Source: Octopus vulgaris (Eukaryota). From it: a stretch of 64,000 nt of DNA. This document shows positions 60,531 through 64,000 of this stretch, piece after piece. A program made the position numbers and the translations under genes. The stretch is taken from assembly GCA_951406725.2 (NCBI GenBank), contig OX597835.1:11718001-11782000 (forward strand). Reading direction: 5' to 3'. Every line of letters begins with the position of its first letter. Positions within the stretch are counted from its first letter, which is position 1. The notes below the pieces were generated by a model. The model ran no database searches. It was not told the origin of the DNA and worked only from the letters and a program-made list of their open reading frames with translations.

Positions 60531-61438
60531 ATAGTATACAATCCAGGTAAAATATGTATCTCAGCAGAACTAGTTTTACTTATCTCTGATTCCTTCAATT
60601 TGCGTGAATGTAATTAACTTATGCTGTCGTAATTATTTCTATAAAAGGAAAACTAGAAAAAAATTATTCGCAAACATGTCTAGATTTTTAACATATAAGT
60701 TTTGCAATTTAAATCAAGTGAGGGACCATTATTACTCCTCGAACTTTTGGTGTTTGCTGAGAGATAATTCTTGACTATTAAATATCTGAAAGACACATTA
60801 AGAATAATGGTTTGTTTGCTGTCATCTTTCGTCGTACACTACACATTTTTCCATATCACCCAAATATATAAACTGGGAAAAAATACATACCATGTTTCTT
60901 AAAATCTGTGTCTATTCACAAACATAAATGTAGTGGTTATGTCGAAGCATCCTACGCTCGGATTCCAAGGATCTAGGAAAGATTATACAGCGTATATATA
61001 TTTTTTATATCACCATTACAACATTTAGATACATTATTTATTTCAGCAGATATTTCCCTGGAGTTCACTTCAATGAAGAGTTGGAGGACGAAAGACAGAA
61101 CAGAACATTGTGTTTTAAAAAATATAAAGGTCGTATATCTCTTTGTAATAAAGTGTCATTTGTAGACAAACCGGAACAATACAAATTTCCGAAAATTATC
61201 AGAGTACAAAGGTATATGTAGTGAAATTTGAGATCCTAATCAATCGTCTAATAAAAATTCAGCCCTGTATGGCGGCGGTTAAAAATGAAAATGAGTTAAA
61301 ATGTGTCTTTTACTGAAGATGTTGTGCTACACCTTTGTGGTTCAGTGGATAAGCATGATATATGGTTTGCGCCTGAAGAATATGTTGGAGTTTTCATATG
61401 ACACTATTAGTAGCACTTTGATACATGTATTGTGACTT

Positions 61439-61478
<40 letters not shown>

Positions 61479-61525
61479 AAAAACAAGTCAAGATAGAAAA
61501 TGCTAAAATAATTTTATAAAGAACA

Positions 61526-61569
61526 TTTCAGTACCAGTTTCAGTCATTTTGAGACCTTTTCAACTGTAA
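61526..61569 (-). ncRNA. Minimal hammerhead with U3-A8 core, in a (TA)n-flanked island (61477-61715)
   Basis: TTACAG-TTGAAAA-GGTC-TCAAAAT-GACT-GAAAC-TG-GTA-CTGAAA. Stem I 5 of 6 pairs; stem II 4 bp (G-U closing); GUA triplet. Confidence 0.65.
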
Positions 61570-61710
61570 CGATTAAATAATTAAATTTAGAAAAATTAAA
61601 AGAAAAGTTTTTTTGAAATAATATTTGTATAGTGTTCAAATATAAGTGGCATTTTCCTTGTTTCTGCCTTTCTCTGTCTCTCTTGTTTACACTTGTGGGT
61701 TCGAGGTCGT

Positions 61711-61777
<67 letters not shown>

Positions 61778-62331
61778 TTATATATATAGTAGCAGTAATA
61801 TAGTATTGTACTCAGCCAATGTTATATTCACGGAAACCGGAGGCCAGCATGTCAGCCGTTCTGGCAATCTGATTTCTCATTCCAAAATAATCATTGTATG
61901 AAAATTTAATCACAAAGGAAAAAGTACGTAACTGGGAAGATTTTCTCAGAAAATACGCCGCCGAGAAATTAGTGTCTTAAAGTATATCAAAGACTTTTAT
62001 TGTATTTATTCATTCCTATATTTCAGTCGACATATTGATAATATGATTAAGATAAGAGACCTGAAATATATTCAAATATCAACGGCATTGGCAACGCATC
62101 CAAAATGTATTTATCGCTAACAAATCTATGTCGAAGCAAAGTAATATTTTTTTCATGAACAATATCTTATTGTTTTCTTTTATTTTTACCCGTTATTCCC
62201 TGAAAACTTGCATTTAACTTCTCATCTTCCTATTTTTTCTTCTGTACACCCTCCATCTCTCCCTCCCTCTCTCTCTGTATCTATCTCTCTGTCTCTCTAA
62301 ATACATATATATGTGTGTGTGACTGCGCACG

Positions 62332-62451
<120 letters not shown>

Positions 62452-62713
62452 TAACAATTGCAGCGTGGAAGGTGTTTGTAAGCCATTTAAGAAACACACA
62501 AAAGCCGTTCGATTCACTTCAACATTTAAGTTTAATTTGTCAAAATATTTTCGTCGCTAAAATCCGCAACCTGTTCACTGACAAAATGTTGAAGTGAATC
62601 GAACGGCTTTTGTGTGTTTCTTAAATGGCTTACAAACACCTTCCACGCTGCAATTGTTTTCGTTCCAGCACACGATCTCAGATCAAATCACTTGCTATGC
62701 GAGTACATCTCCG

Positions 62714-62716
<3 letters not shown>
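62452..62716. mobile_element. Fold-back Penelope-like pseudo-LTR inserted in (TA)n
   Basis: 62453-62527 is an essentially perfect inverted copy of 62584-62658; TA tracts on both sides; same family as 7870-8162. Confidence 0.85.
62536..62585 (-). ncRNA. Minimal hammerhead with G3-C8 core (second copy)
   Basis: TTTGTCA-GTGAACA-G-GTTGC-GGATTTTA-GCGAC-GAAA-ATATTT-TGACAAA. The loop differs from the 8054 copy while the stems are kept. Confidence 0.75.
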
Positions 62717-62765
<49 letters not shown>

Positions 62766-62894
62766 AGAGAGAGAGACACACCGAGAGAGATATAACACAT
62801 ATATATATATATATATATGTGTGTGTAGGTATATATATATACGCAAGTGACCATTAGAGAAACTCGATATACGAGTCCCATGTCAGTGAGATTT

Positions 62895-63058
62895 TCCAGC
62901 TGGTCGCTACTTTCTGAGTTCAAATTTCCCCGATGTCGACCTTGCCTTTAAACCTTTCGGAGATCGATAATTTAAGTACCAGTTTCGTACTGGGGTTGAT
63001 CTAGTCGATTGGTGCCATCCCCCAAAATTTTCGGGCCTTGTGCCTAGAATAGAAGAGA
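62895..63058 (+). mobile_element. SINE family C, partial
   Basis: GAGTTCAAATTTCC...GATAATTTAAGTACCAG. Confidence 0.75.
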
Positions 63059-63419
63059 ATATATTCGTTGGCGTGGATGCCGTTATTTGTTTTGTCACAA
63101 AATTCATTGATTTGCTTTGTGTCTTTGTTGATCGTCAACTATTTTACTGCCTTATTACTGCATAATTTTTATTGCACCCCACCCACATACATACACGTGT
63201 GGTGGGGGTATGCATGTCTATGTGCGTATGTTATTTTACCGGCTTCAGTCATTGGATAGCCGTCATTAGACTTGTTAAAGGCGAAGCAACACGTAAAAGT
63301 CAAATCTGCGCTGATATCTGACATAAAAGTGTTTCATATATACTTAAAATATACTGCATACATGTTGAACGCCATACATTCCAAGACGTAATGTGGGACA
63401 CAGTAATACTTATATATGT

Positions 63420-63803
63420 GTGGAGGCGCAATGGCCCAGTGGTTAGGGCAGCGGACTCGTGGTCATAGGATCGCGGTTTCGATTCCCAGACCGGGCGTTG
63501 TGAGTGTTTATTGAGCGAAAACACCTAAAGCTCCACGAGGCTCCGGCAGGGGATGGTGGTGATCCCTGCTGTACTCTTTCACCACAGCTTTCTCTCACTC
63601 TTACTTCCTGTTTCTGTTGTACCTGTATTTCAAAGGGCCGGCCTTGTCACTCTCTGTGTCACGCTGAATATCCCCGAGAACTACGTAAAGGGTACACGTG
63701 TCTGTGGAGTGCTCAGCCACTTACATGTTAATTTCACGAGCAGGCTGTTCCGTTGATTCGGATCAACCGGAACCCTCATCGTCGTAACCGACGGAGTGCT
63801 TCC
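63420..63803 (+). mobile_element. SINE family A (tail type 4) with TSD
   Basis: TSD TAATACTTATAT at 63404-63415 and 63806-63817. Confidence 0.95.
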
Positions 63804-64000
63804 CTTAATACTTATATGTGGAACTGTGAAATGGTAACTGCAGTGAAGCCCATAGTTCATATCATGCAAAATGTATAAACTTGTCACACATTGTATGATA
63901 CTGATTCTGCCGCGAATTATATTAAATAGACATATGTGTTTGGAATACTCAACCACTCACACGTTAATTTAATAAACAGGTAATTCATCTGATCGAAAAA

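Overview
AT-rich eukaryotic (animal) genomic DNA dominated by microsatellites ((TA)n, (CA)n, (AAT)n, (AAG)n, (CAT)n, (TATC)n) and interspersed repeats. The repeat landscape resembles a cephalopod/octopus genome; this is an inference. Almost all six-frame ORFs are microsatellite artefacts. Recognisable content: (i) four tRNA-derived SINE families, several with target-site duplications; (ii) many fragments of R4/Dong-like LINEs (CCHC finger and restriction-like endonuclease motifs) embedded in (AAT)n tracts, plus a ~545-bp non-coding element with the same target; (iii) a decayed mariner transposase nested in a mariner-type MITE dimer, and a second small MITE; (iv) the 5' end of an ORF1-bearing LINE at the window start; (v) candidate minus-strand exons of a disrupted Ig/FN3-like gene. 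The most notable signal is about ten minimal type-I hammerhead ribozyme motifs in Penelope-like, (TA)n-flanked, often fold-back repeats. Their catalytic 3:8 pair occurs as C3-G8, G3-C8 and U3-A8, and most have a palindromic stem III. There is also a fold-back carrying two divergent tRNA-like cloverleaves. All structures were read by eye; coordinates of decayed repeats are approximate.
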